Source: Alphaproteobacteria bacterium
Lineage (GTDB): Bacteria > Pseudomonadota > Alphaproteobacteria > UBA6615
Reading direction: 5' to 3'
NCBI GenBank assembly: GCA_965261975.1
Contig: CBDHEC010000008.1
Span: 72,049 to 136,048 of the forward strand
DNA: 64,000 nt
The notes under the pieces were generated by a model. That model saw nothing but the letters and a program-made list of their open reading frames with translations, searched no databases and was not told the DNA's origin. Below are positions 1-9,945 of this stretch, in pieces. A program made the position numbers and the translations under genes. Position 1 is the first letter of the stretch; every line of letters begins with the position of its first letter.

Positions 1-276
1 CACATCGCCATACTCGAATTTCATGATATGCGCGACCTGGTGGGTGATCGCCGCATCGCAGCCACACAGGCCGCCCATCACGGACTCGACCGGGGTCGGC
101 CCCATGTTGGTGCCGCCGCGTTCCGTCGGCTCGTCGATGACGAAGCCCGGCGTGTCGCGCACGGACACCACGGTGCGCGCGCCGCCTGCTGGATTCTCGC
201 AAACCACGTTGCGGTAGCCGATAACCTTCTTTTTGGGGTCAACGGACGGTTCGAGAAGTTCACTGTCGCTCATCAT
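1..276 (-). CDS. OsmC-family protein (partial, runs off the window start)
   Basis: Hand translation from ATG at 273/276: MSDSELLEP...FVIDEPTERGGTNMGPTPVESVMGGLCGCDAAI...; DEP..GG...GPTP.E...GC is the OsmC/Ohr signature. Confidence 0.75.
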   Translation of the reverse strand, partial: MMSDSELLEPSVDPKKKVIGYRNVVCENPAGGARTVVSVRDTPGFVIDEPTERGGTNMGPTPVESVMGGLCGCDAAITHQVAHIMKFEYGDV

Positions 277-375
277 GCTCTCCATTCTGACGTTCGGGCC
301 CACCCGCATCGCGTGCGGACATGGCATAGTATTGACTAAACGTGCTCATACCACAGAAGGCGGCGGAACCGACCC

Positions 376-1176
376 ATGACCTACACCGAACTCATGCTCG
401 ACGTGCACGACAGCGTTGCAACGCTGACACTCAACCGGCCCAAGGCGCGTAACGCACTGGGGGGTGCACTGCGCGACGAGTTCGCGGACGCGGTGGTGCA
501 AATCTCGAAACGCGCGGGGAAGGATATCTCCGCCGTCGTCCTGACGGGGGCGGGCAAGGCCTTCTGTGCCGGCGGCGATTTGCGCGTGCTGCAGGAGATG
601 TCCGCCAAAGGTCCCGATGCCATGCGCGCGCGCATGCACGAATCCCATACCACGCTCGAAAGGTGGCTCGACTTGCCGATACCGACCATCGCGGCCGTCA
701 ATGGTGCGGCAGCCGGTGCGGGGTTTTCCCTCGCCATCGCCTGCGACTTCGTGTTTGCCGTGAACAATGCCCGTTTCATCATGTCCTTCGGCCGGATCGG
801 CCTCGTGCCCGACTGGGGGGCCATGTATCTGTTGCCACGCCTCGTCGGCCTGCAACGCGCCAAGGACCTGGTACTGACCGCGCGCGAACTCAACGCCGGG
901 GACGCGCAGGACCTTGGGCTGGTGCTCGAAACTTTCGATGGGGACCAGTTGCTGGACCACGCGCAGGCCTTCGCGGCGAAATTCGCCAACGCCTCGCCGG
1001 ATGCCATCGGGATCGCCAAGCGGGTGATGGGATCGGCCCTGGAAACCGATCGCACCACCGCGCTGTCCGCCGAGGCCCACGCCCAGGCCGAAGCCAACGC
1101 CAGCGACTATCACCGCGACGCGGTAAAGCGCTTCCTGGCCAAGGAACCCGCCCTGTTCGACTGGGACCGGGAATAA
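376..1176 (+). CDS. Enoyl-CoA hydratase/isomerase (crotonase superfamily)
   Basis: TLNRPKARNAL, AFCAGGDL, AAVNGAAAGAGFSLAIACD, IGLVPDWG motifs. Confidence 0.93.
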   Translation: MTYTELMLDVHDSVATLTLNRPKARNALGGALRDEFADAVVQISKRAGKDISAVVLTGAGKAFCAGGDLRVLQEMSAKGPDAMRARMHESHTTLERWLDLPIPTIAAVNGAAAGAGFSLAIACDFVFAVNNARFIMSFGRIGLVPDWGAMYLLPRLVGLQRAKDLVLTARELNAGDAQDLGLVLETFDGDQLLDHAQAFAAKFANASPDAIGIAKRVMGSALETDRTTALSAEAHAQAEANASDYHRDAVKRFLAKEPALFDWDRE

Positions 1177-1185
1177 GAAAGTTCG

Positions 1186-1809
1186 TCAGGTGCCCGCACC
1201 AAGACGGCGGGCCACGATGTGAAACACATGCCAGTGTTTCGACTCGCCACGCGGGGTGGTCGAGTCATCCTCTTCCTCGACAAAATGTTCGACGTCGAAA
1301 CCCGCGAGCAGGCCCTCGATGTCGGCGCGACTATGGAAGGTCATCCCTTCGCGGCCCATCCAGCTGTCCCGCTCCCCGTAAAGCTGCCCGGCAAACCGAC
1401 CGCCGGGACGGAGCGATGATTCAATCCGTCGCCATACCGAGTTGAAATCCGGTGGCGCACAAAGCGGCAGGGCGAAACTGCTGTTCACAAGGTCGCATGT
1501 GGGCCATGCCGCGTCCTCGAAACGGGACACGAGGCCGGCCAGATCGGTGCCTGGCGGCAGGTCGGGACGCGCTTTCAGGGCGTCGATGGCGTCCGGCTCG
1601 GCATCAATGGCCAGCACCCGCCAACCGCGGCGCAGCATCTCGATGGCATCCCGGCCCGCGCCCGAGCCGAGATCAACGGCAAATCGCGCGCCATCTGCGG
1701 GGTCTTCTTCGAACCGGTCGAGGGCGAAAATCAGTGTATTGCGCGGCGGGCGGCCAATGGTTTTCGCATAATAGGCCGCCCAGTCGCGGTCTTTGGGTGA
1801 CGTGCTCAC
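1186..1809 (-). CDS. Class I SAM-dependent methyltransferase
   Basis: Motif I VDLGSGAGRD and acidic residue in VLAID; GTG start overlaps the upstream TGA (1806-1809). Confidence 0.88.
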   Translation of the reverse strand: MSTSPKDRDWAAYYAKTIGRPPRNTLIFALDRFEEDPADGARFAVDLGSGAGRDAIEMLRRGWRVLAIDAEPDAIDALKARPDLPPGTDLAGLVSRFEDAAWPTCDLVNSSFALPLCAPPDFNSVWRRIESSLRPGGRFAGQLYGERDSWMGREGMTFHSRADIEGLLAGFDVEHFVEEEDDSTTPRGESKHWHVFHIVARRLGAGT

Positions 1810-2657
1810 CCGCTCAATCTGATCTCGCCGAGACTGATGCTCTCACCGAGAGTTACCTCACGCTGCTCGGCACCCAGGCCTTCGGCGGAAATCGAGACGA
1901 CATAGACGCCGCTCTCCGGAGCCACCCGGTCGATCTTGAAATCCCCATATCCATCCGTGGTGGTTTCGGCGACGGTTTTTCCGTCCTGCGTCAGCACGAT
2001 CCGGGCGCCCTCGACGCAATCTACGATCCCTTCACGTTCGGCCGAAACCGTCCCGCCAACAAAGCACTCGGCATATCGCCAGAGATTCTTGTAGTGCACA
2101 CGGGCCTTGGTCTTGAGGTCGGGCCGGAGTGGTTCCAGGCCTTCTTCATCAGACACTTTCTGCATGGCACCATCATCGACCTTGAGCGAGCGTAAAGCAC
2201 CCGTCGGGCAAACATCGACACAGCGCGGCTCGGTCCAGCCGGCGTCGAGCAGATGAGCATCGAAGATCCAGTGCTGAGGTATCTCCAGCTCTTCGTTCCA
2301 GAAAATCGCGCCATAAGGACACGCGTCGACGATCTGGCGCTGACCCTTGGATTTTTCCGGATCGATCACGACGATCCCATCCGGGCGTTTCTTGATGGCG
2401 TCATCCTTGGCCGCAGAGATGCACGGCGCGTCGTCGCAGTGCTGACACATGGTCGGCAGGTAGGCGACGTCGGTCATGGTCCCCTGCCCGCGTTCTCGCC
2501 GCTTGATGTCGATCCAGCGATGCCCATGCTTGGGCATCTCGGCTGCATATCCGGCAAAGCTGTTGCCCACATGCTCGTCCTGCACGGCCAGGGTACAATT
2601 GTTGCAGTTCGTGCAGTTTGCGACGTCGACGATCAGGTTCCATTTGGGCTGACTCAT
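1806..2657 (-). CDS. Fe-S (small) subunit of a pyrogallol transhydroxylase-like molybdoenzyme
   Basis: CxxCNNC...DEH...GHRW...RERG...CQHCDDAPC...[10 protein letters not shown]...CPYG...V.YKNL plus a C-terminal beta-sandwich; closely follows the Pelobacter transhydroxylase beta subunit as I recall it. Confidence 0.88.
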   Translation of the reverse strand: MSQPKWNLIVDVANCTNCNNCTLAVQDEHVGNSFAGYAAEMPKHGHRWIDIKRRERGQGTMTDVAYLPTMCQHCDDAPCISAAKDDAIKKRPDGIVVIDPEKSKGQRQIVDACPYGAIFWNEELEIPQHWIFDAHLLDAGWTEPRCVDVCPTGALRSLKVDDGAMQKVSDEEGLEPLRPDLKTKARVHYKNLWRYAECFVGGTVSAEREGIVDCVEGARIVLTQDGKTVAETTTDGYGDFKIDRVAPESGVYVVSISAEGLGAEQREVTLGESISLGEIRLSG

Positions 2658-5644
2658 GCCACGTCTCCCACGCTCACCGGTTCAATCCGCTCATACTCGA
2701 CGACCCCGTCCCAGGGCACGATCTCGACCATGGTCGTGCTGTTGGCCATCGAGTGGGAATTCTTGATCTGCGATCGCCGGGGCGACAGCAGGTTGAGACA
2801 ACCACCTCGGTCGACCGAACGTCCGGGCTCGCCCATGGGTTCGTAGACGGCCGCGGATTCGTAACCATGAGCGACGCCGGGCTGCAAACGCTCGGTCAGG
2901 AGTGCGGCGCACAGAACCGCGCCGCGATCGTTGAAAACCTTCACCAGATCACCGGTCGAAATGCCACGCGCGGCTGCGTCGGTCGGGTTGAGGCGAAGCA
3001 CCCAGTAATAATGACCGTCGATCAGCACCCGATGATCTGGGATGTCGTTCAGGAAACTGTCCTTGCCATCGCCATGGCTGTGGAAGCTGAAACGCGAATG
3101 GGGCGTGAGCAGCTGAAGCGGATAGCGATCGCCCAGCCCGGCGACCTTCGGCCCCTCCCAGGCTGAAGCATATTTCGCGATCGGCGGCCTCTCGGGGTCA
3201 TCGGGCGCGAAACGTTTCAGGCTCGAACTCTCGAACTCGAACAGGCCCGACTGGGTTTGCAGCCCTTCGAGGAACTGCTCGGTGTAGTCGCCGGGCAACG
3301 GCATCGCTTCGGGAATGTTCTTCTTCTCGCCGTCGGCGAACCATTTATAGGCCGTCGGTGCACGAAGCTCGGGCGCCTCGGGCGGCACCACGAAATAGCC
3401 GCGCTCGATGAACTTCTTCCACGAGATGTGCTGCGGCAGGTCGGACGCATCGAACATCCGCTTCACCCAGTCGATGTCACGCATGCCCTCCGTATAGTAG
3501 GCGCCAAGGCCCAGCCGGCAGGCCAGGCGCGAGAAGATCTCGTAGTCGGATTTCGATTCCCCGACCGGCTCGATGCATTTGGCCTGGAAGGTGATGATCC
3601 GGTTGTTGGTCTGGGAATGGAAATGGGCCCCGTAACCACCGGCATTGGCCCACTCGCCGATATCGTAGCGTTCCATGCTCGTACAGGCCGGCAGGATGAC
3701 ATCGGCAAACCGGGTATCGCCCTCCTCCCAGATCGCCTGGCTGACGGCGAACTCCAGGTTGGGCGACCGGTACATTTCCACGAAACGGTTGGAATCACTC
3801 AACGTGCCCAGGATCGCCGTGCCGTAGCGATAAAGCATGTGCACGGGCGAGTGACCCTGTTTGGGATAGCTGATCTTGGTGAACTGACCTTCCATCGAAA
3901 GCGCGTCCCACAAGAACCCCTCGGCATGTCCGTCGATGATCGCGTCGGGCAGACGCAAGCGCGGAATTTTCTGGGTCGAGGGATTCATCGTCGGCAGTTG
4001 GGGCATGCGCTGATAGAGCGCGCCGGCCAACGCGGTGTTGTTCAGATCACCCGAGATGCCGCCTTCGGCATAGCCGGGGAAATAGAAACTGAAATCATGC
4101 GGCACGCCGAGCTGAAGATTGCTGACATTGATCCCGGGCTTGCCCAACCCCTGCATGCCCATGAGGCAGACGAGCATCCGGGTCCACTGGCTGCCCGTCG
4201 CGTTTCGCGCGGCACCGCCGAACGCGTTGCCCATGCTGCCGGCGGCCAGGTAGGTCCGCTTGGAGGCCCATTTGCGCGCCAACGCGCGGACGTCCTTGGC
4301 GGGGACACCGGTTTCGGTCTCCTGCCATTCCGGTGTCTTCGCGATTCCGTCTTCGGTCCCGAGGATGTAGTCGCGCCATGTCTCGAATCCCTTGGTCCGG
4401 GTCGCGACATACTCCTTGTCGTAGGTTCCTTCGGTGATCCAGACATGCGCGATGGCCAGGGCCAGCGCCGGCGACGTGGTCGGCTTCGGCGCAATCCATT
4501 TGCCGCCGAGGAATTGTGCGGTGTCGTTGTAGTAGGGATCGATGTGGACAATCTCGATGTCGATATCGCGCAGCCACTGACGCCGGACCGTGCCTTCCTG
4601 CCCACCATAGACGCCGCTGGTCGCCTCCGGATTGCTCGACCAGAAGACGATCATCTCAGCGTTCTCGAGGCAGTCCTCGATGGTGCCGAAGGGTTCGCCA
4701 CCGCCGACGCGCAAACTGCCGCCCCAATGGTGCAACGCCCCCCAGTACCAGCCCTCCCAGCTGTCGGGATTGTGGTGCACGTCGGTCGTGCCGATGGCAT
4801 TCATGAAGCGCAGCTTGGCGCTGAGGTAGTAACCTATGTTGCCCCAATTGTGATGGGAGCCGTTGCTCGACGCGATCGCGCCGGTGCCATGCTCGCGCTT
4901 CATGCGCTTGATTTCACCCGCGACAATGTCCAGCGCCTCGTCCCAGCTGATGCGCTCATAACCGGACACACCCCGATTCTGGATATTGCGCTCCCCATTC
5001 GGGTCGAAATCGACACGCTTCATCGGATACTGAATCCGGTTCGGCGCGTTGACCATCGCCTTCCAGTTCATCGCATGGGGCGACAGCATACCCTTGCGCG
5101 GCGGGGTGAATTCCCTGCCCCGCGCCTTGATCGTCCAGGTCCCGGCGTCTTCTCCATCGAAGGCAACCGGCGTGGTGCGCAGAATTTCACCGTCGCGGAC
5201 ATAGACAAATAGCGGCCCGCCATTGGTCATGGTGCAGAAGCGCGTGGTCCCGTCTTTCATCTTGCGCCCGAACTTCCAGCCGGCCGACAGGGCGGCCATC
5301 ACGGTCTGGGCGAACCACAATGCGTCATCATCGGGACCTTCCAGACGCACCAGAAAATTCTTCAACGCATCAATCTGTTCCAACTGATCAATCGGCGGCA
5401 TCAACAACCGGGCCCCGATCTTGGCTGTCTTGAAGACCAGCGATACGGTCGGCGCGTCGTGCAAACCCGCGCCCGATCGCACGCGACCATCTTCAAAAAT
5501 TATGTAGCGACCCGATTTGCCGTCCTCGCTGCGGATCTGAACCACGATATTGCGTTCGCGCAAACGCGCCCGGAAGGCCGGATAGCGCCACCCGGAAACC
5601 CGGAACATCCACGACAGACCCCAAAGGATGATCTTGAACAGCAT
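2654..5644 (-). CDS. Mo-bisPGD (DMSO reductase family) catalytic subunit, pyrogallol transhydroxylase/resorcinol hydroxylase clade, with an extra N-terminal domain
   Basis: [52 protein letters not shown] (Ser ligand motif), FADVILPA, C-terminal [20 protein letters not shown] molybdopterin dinucleotide domain; no Tat signal or N-terminal Cys cluster. Confidence 0.9.
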   Translation of the reverse strand: MLFKIILWGLSWMFRVSGWRYPAFRARLRERNIVVQIRSEDGKSGRYIIFEDGRVRSGAGLHDAPTVSLVFKTAKIGARLLMPPIDQLEQIDALKNFLVRLEGPDDDALWFAQTVMAALSAGWKFGRKMKDGTTRFCTMTNGGPLFVYVRDGEILRTTPVAFDGEDAGTWTIKARGREFTPPRKGMLSPHAMNWKAMVNAPNRIQYPMKRVDFDPNGERNIQNRGVSGYERISWDEALDIVAGEIKRMKREHGTGAIASSNGSHHNWGNIGYYLSAKLRFMNAIGTTDVHHNPDSWEGWYWGALHHWGGSLRVGGGEPFGTIEDCLENAEMIVFWSSNPEATSGVYGGQEGTVRRQWLRDIDIEIVHIDPYYNDTAQFLGGKWIAPKPTTSPALALAIAHVWITEGTYDKEYVATRTKGFETWRDYILGTEDGIAKTPEWQETETGVPAKDVRALARKWASKRTYLAAGSMGNAFGGAARNATGSQWTRMLVCLMGMQGLGKPGINVSNLQLGVPHDFSFYFPGYAEGGISGDLNNTALAGALYQRMPQLPTMNPSTQKIPRLRLPDAIIDGHAEGFLWDALSMEGQFTKISYPKQGHSPVHMLYRYGTAILGTLSDSNRFVEMYRSPNLEFAVSQAIWEEGDTRFADVILPACTSMERYDIGEWANAGGYGAHFHSQTNNRIITFQAKCIEPVGESKSDYEIFSRLACRLGLGAYYTEGMRDIDWVKRMFDASDLPQHISWKKFIERGYFVVPPEAPELRAPTAYKWFADGEKKNIPEAMPLPGDYTEQFLEGLQTQSGLFEFESSSLKRFAPDDPERPPIAKYASAWEGPKVAGLGDRYPLQLLTPHSRFSFHSHGDGKDSFLNDIPDHRVLIDGHYYWVLRLNPTDAAARGISTGDLVKVFNDRGAVLCAALLTERLQPGVAHGYESAAVYEPMGEPGRSVDRGGCLNLLSPRRSQIKNSHSMANSTTMVEIVPWDGVVEYERIEPVSVGDVA

Positions 5645-5674
5645 GCGTCTTCCCCAACCCCGCGACAGGCAGGC

Positions 5675-6508
5675 CTATTCGGCGGTGTAACCACCATCAA
5701 TATAAAGCGTGTGACCGGTCACATAATCGGACGCCGGCGACAGAAGATAAATCAGTCCGCCCATTAGATCGTCTGTCTCCGACAGCCGGCCGACAGGCAC
5801 ACGTTCGAGCATCGCTTCGCGCGTGGCCTTGCCCGGATCCTCGTCCGAGAACATCCATTCCGACAGCGGTGAGCGAAAAACCGTCGGCCCGATGGCGTTG
5901 ATATTGGCGTTCTTGCCACCCCATTCACAGGCCAGCGCCCTGACCATGCCGTCCAGCCCCGCCTTGGATGCGCAGTAACCGGTATAGCCCGTCGGCAGGC
6001 CATGGCGGCCGCGCGTGGACGAGACCACGACCACTTTCGACCGTCCGCGTTCGGTCGGTTGCTTGGCGAATTGTCGGCCTGCCGCCTGACAGGCCAGCCA
6101 GTAACCGTCCAGGTTGGCGGACATCACGTTGCGCCAGCTTTCGTAGGATTGTTCCTCGATATAGCCGACATCATTCATGCCCGTGGCAACAAACATCAGG
6201 TCGAGAGCGCCAAAGGCCTCGACCGCGGCGGAAACCATATTCACCGCGTTGGTCTCGCTGTCCGGCAACCCGATCGCCGTGGCGACCCTGGCGCCGGTGT
6301 CGCGCAACTCGTCGGCCTTGGCTTCGACCTTGTCGGGGTTGAGATCCGCGATCGTTACATCGCAGCCCATCTGCGCCAGCGCTGTCGCCGCCGCGCCGCC
6401 GAAGGAGCCGGTTGCGCCCATCACAAGGGCGGACTTGCCCGAAATATCGAACATGGAAAGTGGTGAATTCTGAGCCAAGGTTAGGTTCCCCGTGTTGGTC
6501 GTCATCAT
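5675..6508 (-). CDS. Short-chain dehydrogenase/reductase (SDR)
   Basis: GATGSFG Rossmann motif, catalytic YCASK, YVTGHTLYIDGG C-terminus; true start may be a downstream Met. Confidence 0.92.
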   Translation of the reverse strand: MMTTNTGNLTLAQNSPLSMFDISGKSALVMGATGSFGGAAATALAQMGCDVTIADLNPDKVEAKADELRDTGARVATAIGLPDSETNAVNMVSAAVEAFGALDLMFVATGMNDVGYIEEQSYESWRNVMSANLDGYWLACQAAGRQFAKQPTERGRSKVVVVSSTRGRHGLPTGYTGYCASKAGLDGMVRALACEWGGKNANINAIGPTVFRSPLSEWMFSDEDPGKATREAMLERVPVGRLSETDDLMGGLIYLLSPASDYVTGHTLYIDGGYTAE

Positions 6509-6545
6509 TTGATGGCGACCAGACTACCCGGTTTTGCGCGCGGGC

Positions 6546-8123
6546 TCACCAGTGCCCGATCAGCACACCCGATTTACCTTCCTTCACCTTGAATTCGCGC
6601 ACGAAGGATTCGGGCGACGTGACCCGATACTTCAGCCCGCTCTGCCAGTCGGCGAGCCGGCGATGCAGCCGGACACGCTCGGCTTCATGGGCGGGGTCGG
6701 CACCCAGATCCTGCAGTTCATCGGGGTCGGATTCGAGATCAAACAACTGTGCGCGGTAGCCTTCATAGGCAATGTACTTCCAGCGCCCCTCGCGCACCAT
6801 GAAGGTGCGGCACTGGTCCGTCGGCCGTTCCAGCGGGTCACGCACATCGGAATAGAAGGCGTAGTCGAGCTCGCTGAAGACCGCGTCACGCCAATCGTCG
6901 GGGTCTTCCCCGCGCAACAGCGGCAGGAGCGATCGGCCCTCGACGATATTGTCGGGAATCTCGAGACCGGCGGCATCGAGGATTGTCGGGACCACATCGA
7001 TCGCCTCGGCAAACCGGTTGTCGACCGTGCCGCGCGTGCTGTCGGCCGCGCTGTCGGGGTCGTAGACGATGAGCGGGATGCGCGAAGATTGCTCATGATA
7101 CATCTCCTTCTCGCCCATCCAGTGATCACCGAGATAGTCACCATGGTCGCTGGTGAAGACGATCATCGTGTCGTCGAACCGCCCCGCCTTGTCGAGCGCT
7201 TCGAACACACGACCTAGATGGCTATCGATCTGCGCGATCAAACCCATATAGGCCGGGATGACGGTTTCGCGAACTTCATCGCGCTGAAACTCGCGCCCCT
7301 CTTCGCGGGCCATGAAGGCCTGGATGACTTCATGATCGGTGTCGCGTTCCTCGGCAGAGCGCACTGCCGGCAGAATATCGTCGACGCCATACATGTTGTG
7401 ATAGGGCGACGAGACGATATAGGGCCAGTGAGGCTTGATGTAGCTGAGGTGCAGACACCAGGGGTCATCCCCCTGCTCGGCGATGAACTCGATGGCCCGA
7501 TCAGACATATAGGCCGTCTCGCCCATCTCATCGGGCACGACCGCGGGCAGGCCGCAATTGCGCATGTTCCAGCCGCTCAGAACATTGCCGTCAGGGTCGG
7601 TCGCCGAGTTGGCGAAGTCATGCCAGGGATTGTCGCTGTCGAAGCCGTTCGCGCGCAGATAGTTTGCATAGTCGGATTCGATACGACCCGCGGCGGCCGG
7701 GTGGATGCCGTCGTCGCGAACCACATAGTCGAACCCACCTCGCATCAAGCCGCTCCCGGCTGCGCTGTCCGGCTCGATGCCGAGGCGCGCCATGCCCGTC
7801 TTGTCTGCGAAGTGATGGGTCTTGCCCGCCAGTGCGACACGCATATCAGACGGGCGAAGCAGATCGCCGAGCATCATTTCCCCGACCGGTAACGGTACGA
7901 AGTTCCAGAACGCGCCATGACTTGCCGCGTAGCGCCCGGTGTAAAAGGACATGCGTGACGGCCCACAAACCGGCGCCTGAACATAGGATTTCGCGAAGCG
8001 CACGCCGCGCGCGGCCAACGCATCGATATTGGGCGTTTTCAGGGTCGGATGCCCTGCGCACGACAGGTAATCAGCGCGCAGCTGATCACACATGATGAAT
8101 AAGACGTTCCGGACGGTTCCCAT
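6546..8123 (-). CDS. Sulfatase/alkaline-phosphatase superfamily hydrolase (phosphonate monoester hydrolase-like)
   Basis: NVLFIMCDQLR, CGPSR (CxPxR formylglycine motif), GKTH, YIKPHWPY, FTSDHGD..G.H. Confidence 0.9.
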   Translation of the reverse strand: MGTVRNVLFIMCDQLRADYLSCAGHPTLKTPNIDALAARGVRFAKSYVQAPVCGPSRMSFYTGRYAASHGAFWNFVPLPVGEMMLGDLLRPSDMRVALAGKTHHFADKTGMARLGIEPDSAAGSGLMRGGFDYVVRDDGIHPAAAGRIESDYANYLRANGFDSDNPWHDFANSATDPDGNVLSGWNMRNCGLPAVVPDEMGETAYMSDRAIEFIAEQGDDPWCLHLSYIKPHWPYIVSSPYHNMYGVDDILPAVRSAEERDTDHEVIQAFMAREEGREFQRDEVRETVIPAYMGLIAQIDSHLGRVFEALDKAGRFDDTMIVFTSDHGDYLGDHWMGEKEMYHEQSSRIPLIVYDPDSAADSTRGTVDNRFAEAIDVVPTILDAAGLEIPDNIVEGRSLLPLLRGEDPDDWRDAVFSELDYAFYSDVRDPLERPTDQCRTFMVREGRWKYIAYEGYRAQLFDLESDPDELQDLGADPAHEAERVRLHRRLADWQSGLKYRVTSPESFVREFKVKEGKSGVLIGHW

Positions 8124-8270
8124 CGATACACCTGCAGCTTCCCCACAATATCGCCGACAACTCTATGCAACCAATGGATGACGACAGCCGACATTTCCGG
8201 AGGTTTTCGTGCAGTGAAACCTCCTGCTAGATTGCGCGCCTGAATTATCCAAAATCCTCGGCGAGATTAG

Positions 8271-9071
8271 ATGACAGGCCTGCAACCCATACGTGCGATC
8301 GAACGCGGCATCTCCGTGATGCGCGCGCTCGAAGAGTTGGGGACCGCCAGCCTGCATCAATTACACGAGAAAACCGGGCTGCACCGCACGACCCTGCTGC
8401 GCATTCTTGTGACGCTCGAGCAACAGGAGCTGGTTCGCCGTGGGCTCGGCGACGGCCTGTACCGGAACACCTTCGGTCTGCGCCGCATGACCGGGACACT
8501 GGACGAGTTCGACCGGTTGGCCGAGATCGCCGGCCCCGTCCTCGGCCGGCTGTGCGAAACGGTCAAATGGCCGTCCGACCTGATGGTGCGCAATGGCGAT
8601 TTCATGGAGATCAAGGAGACCAGCCGGCGCCAGACACCCTTCCTGATGAACCGCGACGAGATCGGCCATCAGGTCGCATTCGCCGTGACCGCCGTCGGCC
8701 GCGCCTATCTGGCATTCTGCCCCGAACACGAACATGACGAGATCGTCGCCGGCCTCAGCAAATCCTCCCACCCTGCAGACCAGATCGCCCGCACACCGGA
8801 GAAGCTGGAGGCCATCCTCGACGAGGTCCGCGCCAACGGCTACGCCACCCGTGACGAGTTCTATCTCGGCGGAAACTATGGCGAGAACACGTTCTTCGAC
8901 GACGGCCTCAGCGCGATTTCCGTGCCGCTCCGGGTCGAAGACCAGGTCCTGGGTTGTGTCAATCTTGTCTGGATGCGGCAGGCGGTGCCGGTGGAAGAAT
9001 TTGTCGCGAACCATCTGGCGGATTTACGCGCGGCTGCCGACGAGATCGTTACCGCCTATATCGAACCCTAG
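8271..9071 (+). CDS. IclR-family transcriptional regulator (MhpR-like)
   Basis: N-terminal HTH (LHQLHEKTGLHRTTLLRILVTL), TAVGRAYLAF, LDEVRANGYA, AISVPL; divergent from the hydrolase/molybdoenzyme operon. Confidence 0.93.
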   Translation: MTGLQPIRAIERGISVMRALEELGTASLHQLHEKTGLHRTTLLRILVTLEQQELVRRGLGDGLYRNTFGLRRMTGTLDEFDRLAEIAGPVLGRLCETVKWPSDLMVRNGDFMEIKETSRRQTPFLMNRDEIGHQVAFAVTAVGRAYLAFCPEHEHDEIVAGLSKSSHPADQIARTPEKLEAILDEVRANGYATRDEFYLGGNYGENTFFDDGLSAISVPLRVEDQVLGCVNLVWMRQAVPVEEFVANHLADLRAAADEIVTAYIEP

Positions 9072-9082
9072 GGACGCCGGCG

Positions 9083-9889
9083 CTATTGCGCCGCGAACGA
9101 AAGCCGCCCACCCGCCGGCAGACCAGCGATCTCCGGTGGCGCGATCCCGGCAACCTCGAGAATCATTTTCTTCAACACCGCCTCGGCAAAGCTGATCGTC
9201 TCGTCGACGGTCACGACAAAAGCCCCCGTGCCGCCAATGATCTGTTCGCGGAACTCCTGCTCCAGCGAGACCGCGCGCGGCGGGCGGGTGCTGCCCGGCC
9301 GGCTGATGGCCAGGCCATTGATCGTGATGCCCGTGGCGACCGCATTGCCGCGCGCCAGGGCCAACGGCATCCCCCCGATATTCCCGGCATCGGCGGAGAT
9401 ATCAATAATCCGCCGCGCGCCGCGATAGGGGTTGGCCTCGATCAGATTCTGGGAATAGGCAATGGCGTTACTGATCGAGTTAAATCCCCAGGCCTGGCGC
9501 GGGGCATCGACCAGCGCGGCGCCGAACGCGGCCGCCGATTCCGGGCCGTCGATCACGGTCTAGTCCACAATCGTGTGCTGAGATTCCGCACTGCCCCACT
9601 CGACATAGGCAATCACGCTCCGACCATGGATGCCGCCGGTCAATAATTCCAGGACACGCGGATTGCGCACGGCATCGGCATAACCTTCGCGCTGCAGCGC
9701 CAGTTCGGCATCGTCGATGGACCCCGAGCCGTCGGCCGCAAGCACAAGTTCAAGATCGACCGGTTGCTGCGCAGCAGCCATACCGGCAGCCAAGGTGCCA
9801 CCGAGGATCACCAGCGCGGCGGCAATTCTGTTTATCTGTTGATAAATGACACCTCTCCCCTGAATGGCGCCCGCGTGAAGACCGAGCAT
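9083..9889 (-). pseudogene. DUF1194 (vWA-like) exported protein interrupted by an in-frame TAG at 9560-9562
   Basis: VDLELVLAADGSGSID...IAYVEW...IVD*TVIDGPESAAAF...RRIIDISAD...ITINGLAI...IIGGTGAFV; both ORFs share a frame; the stop replaces the expected Trp; start uncertain. Confidence 0.8.
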
Positions 9890-9945
9890 TCCCTACCCAC
9901 AATAGAAGCTCTATTCTCGATACGCACCCAACAAGGCAGGCTACC

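Noticed and set aside
3257-5212. 651-aa + strand ORF (also 10588..11772, 36787..38166, 40004..41584, 59773..60990)
   Set aside because: Antisense shadows of well-supported genes, expected from high-GC codon bias; no motifs
9560-9562. Genome-wide amber recoding or pyrrolysine
   Set aside because: Many clear genes here (IclR, CMD-like, thiolase, gpt, yidD) end at TAG exactly where their families end; no pyl genes in the window
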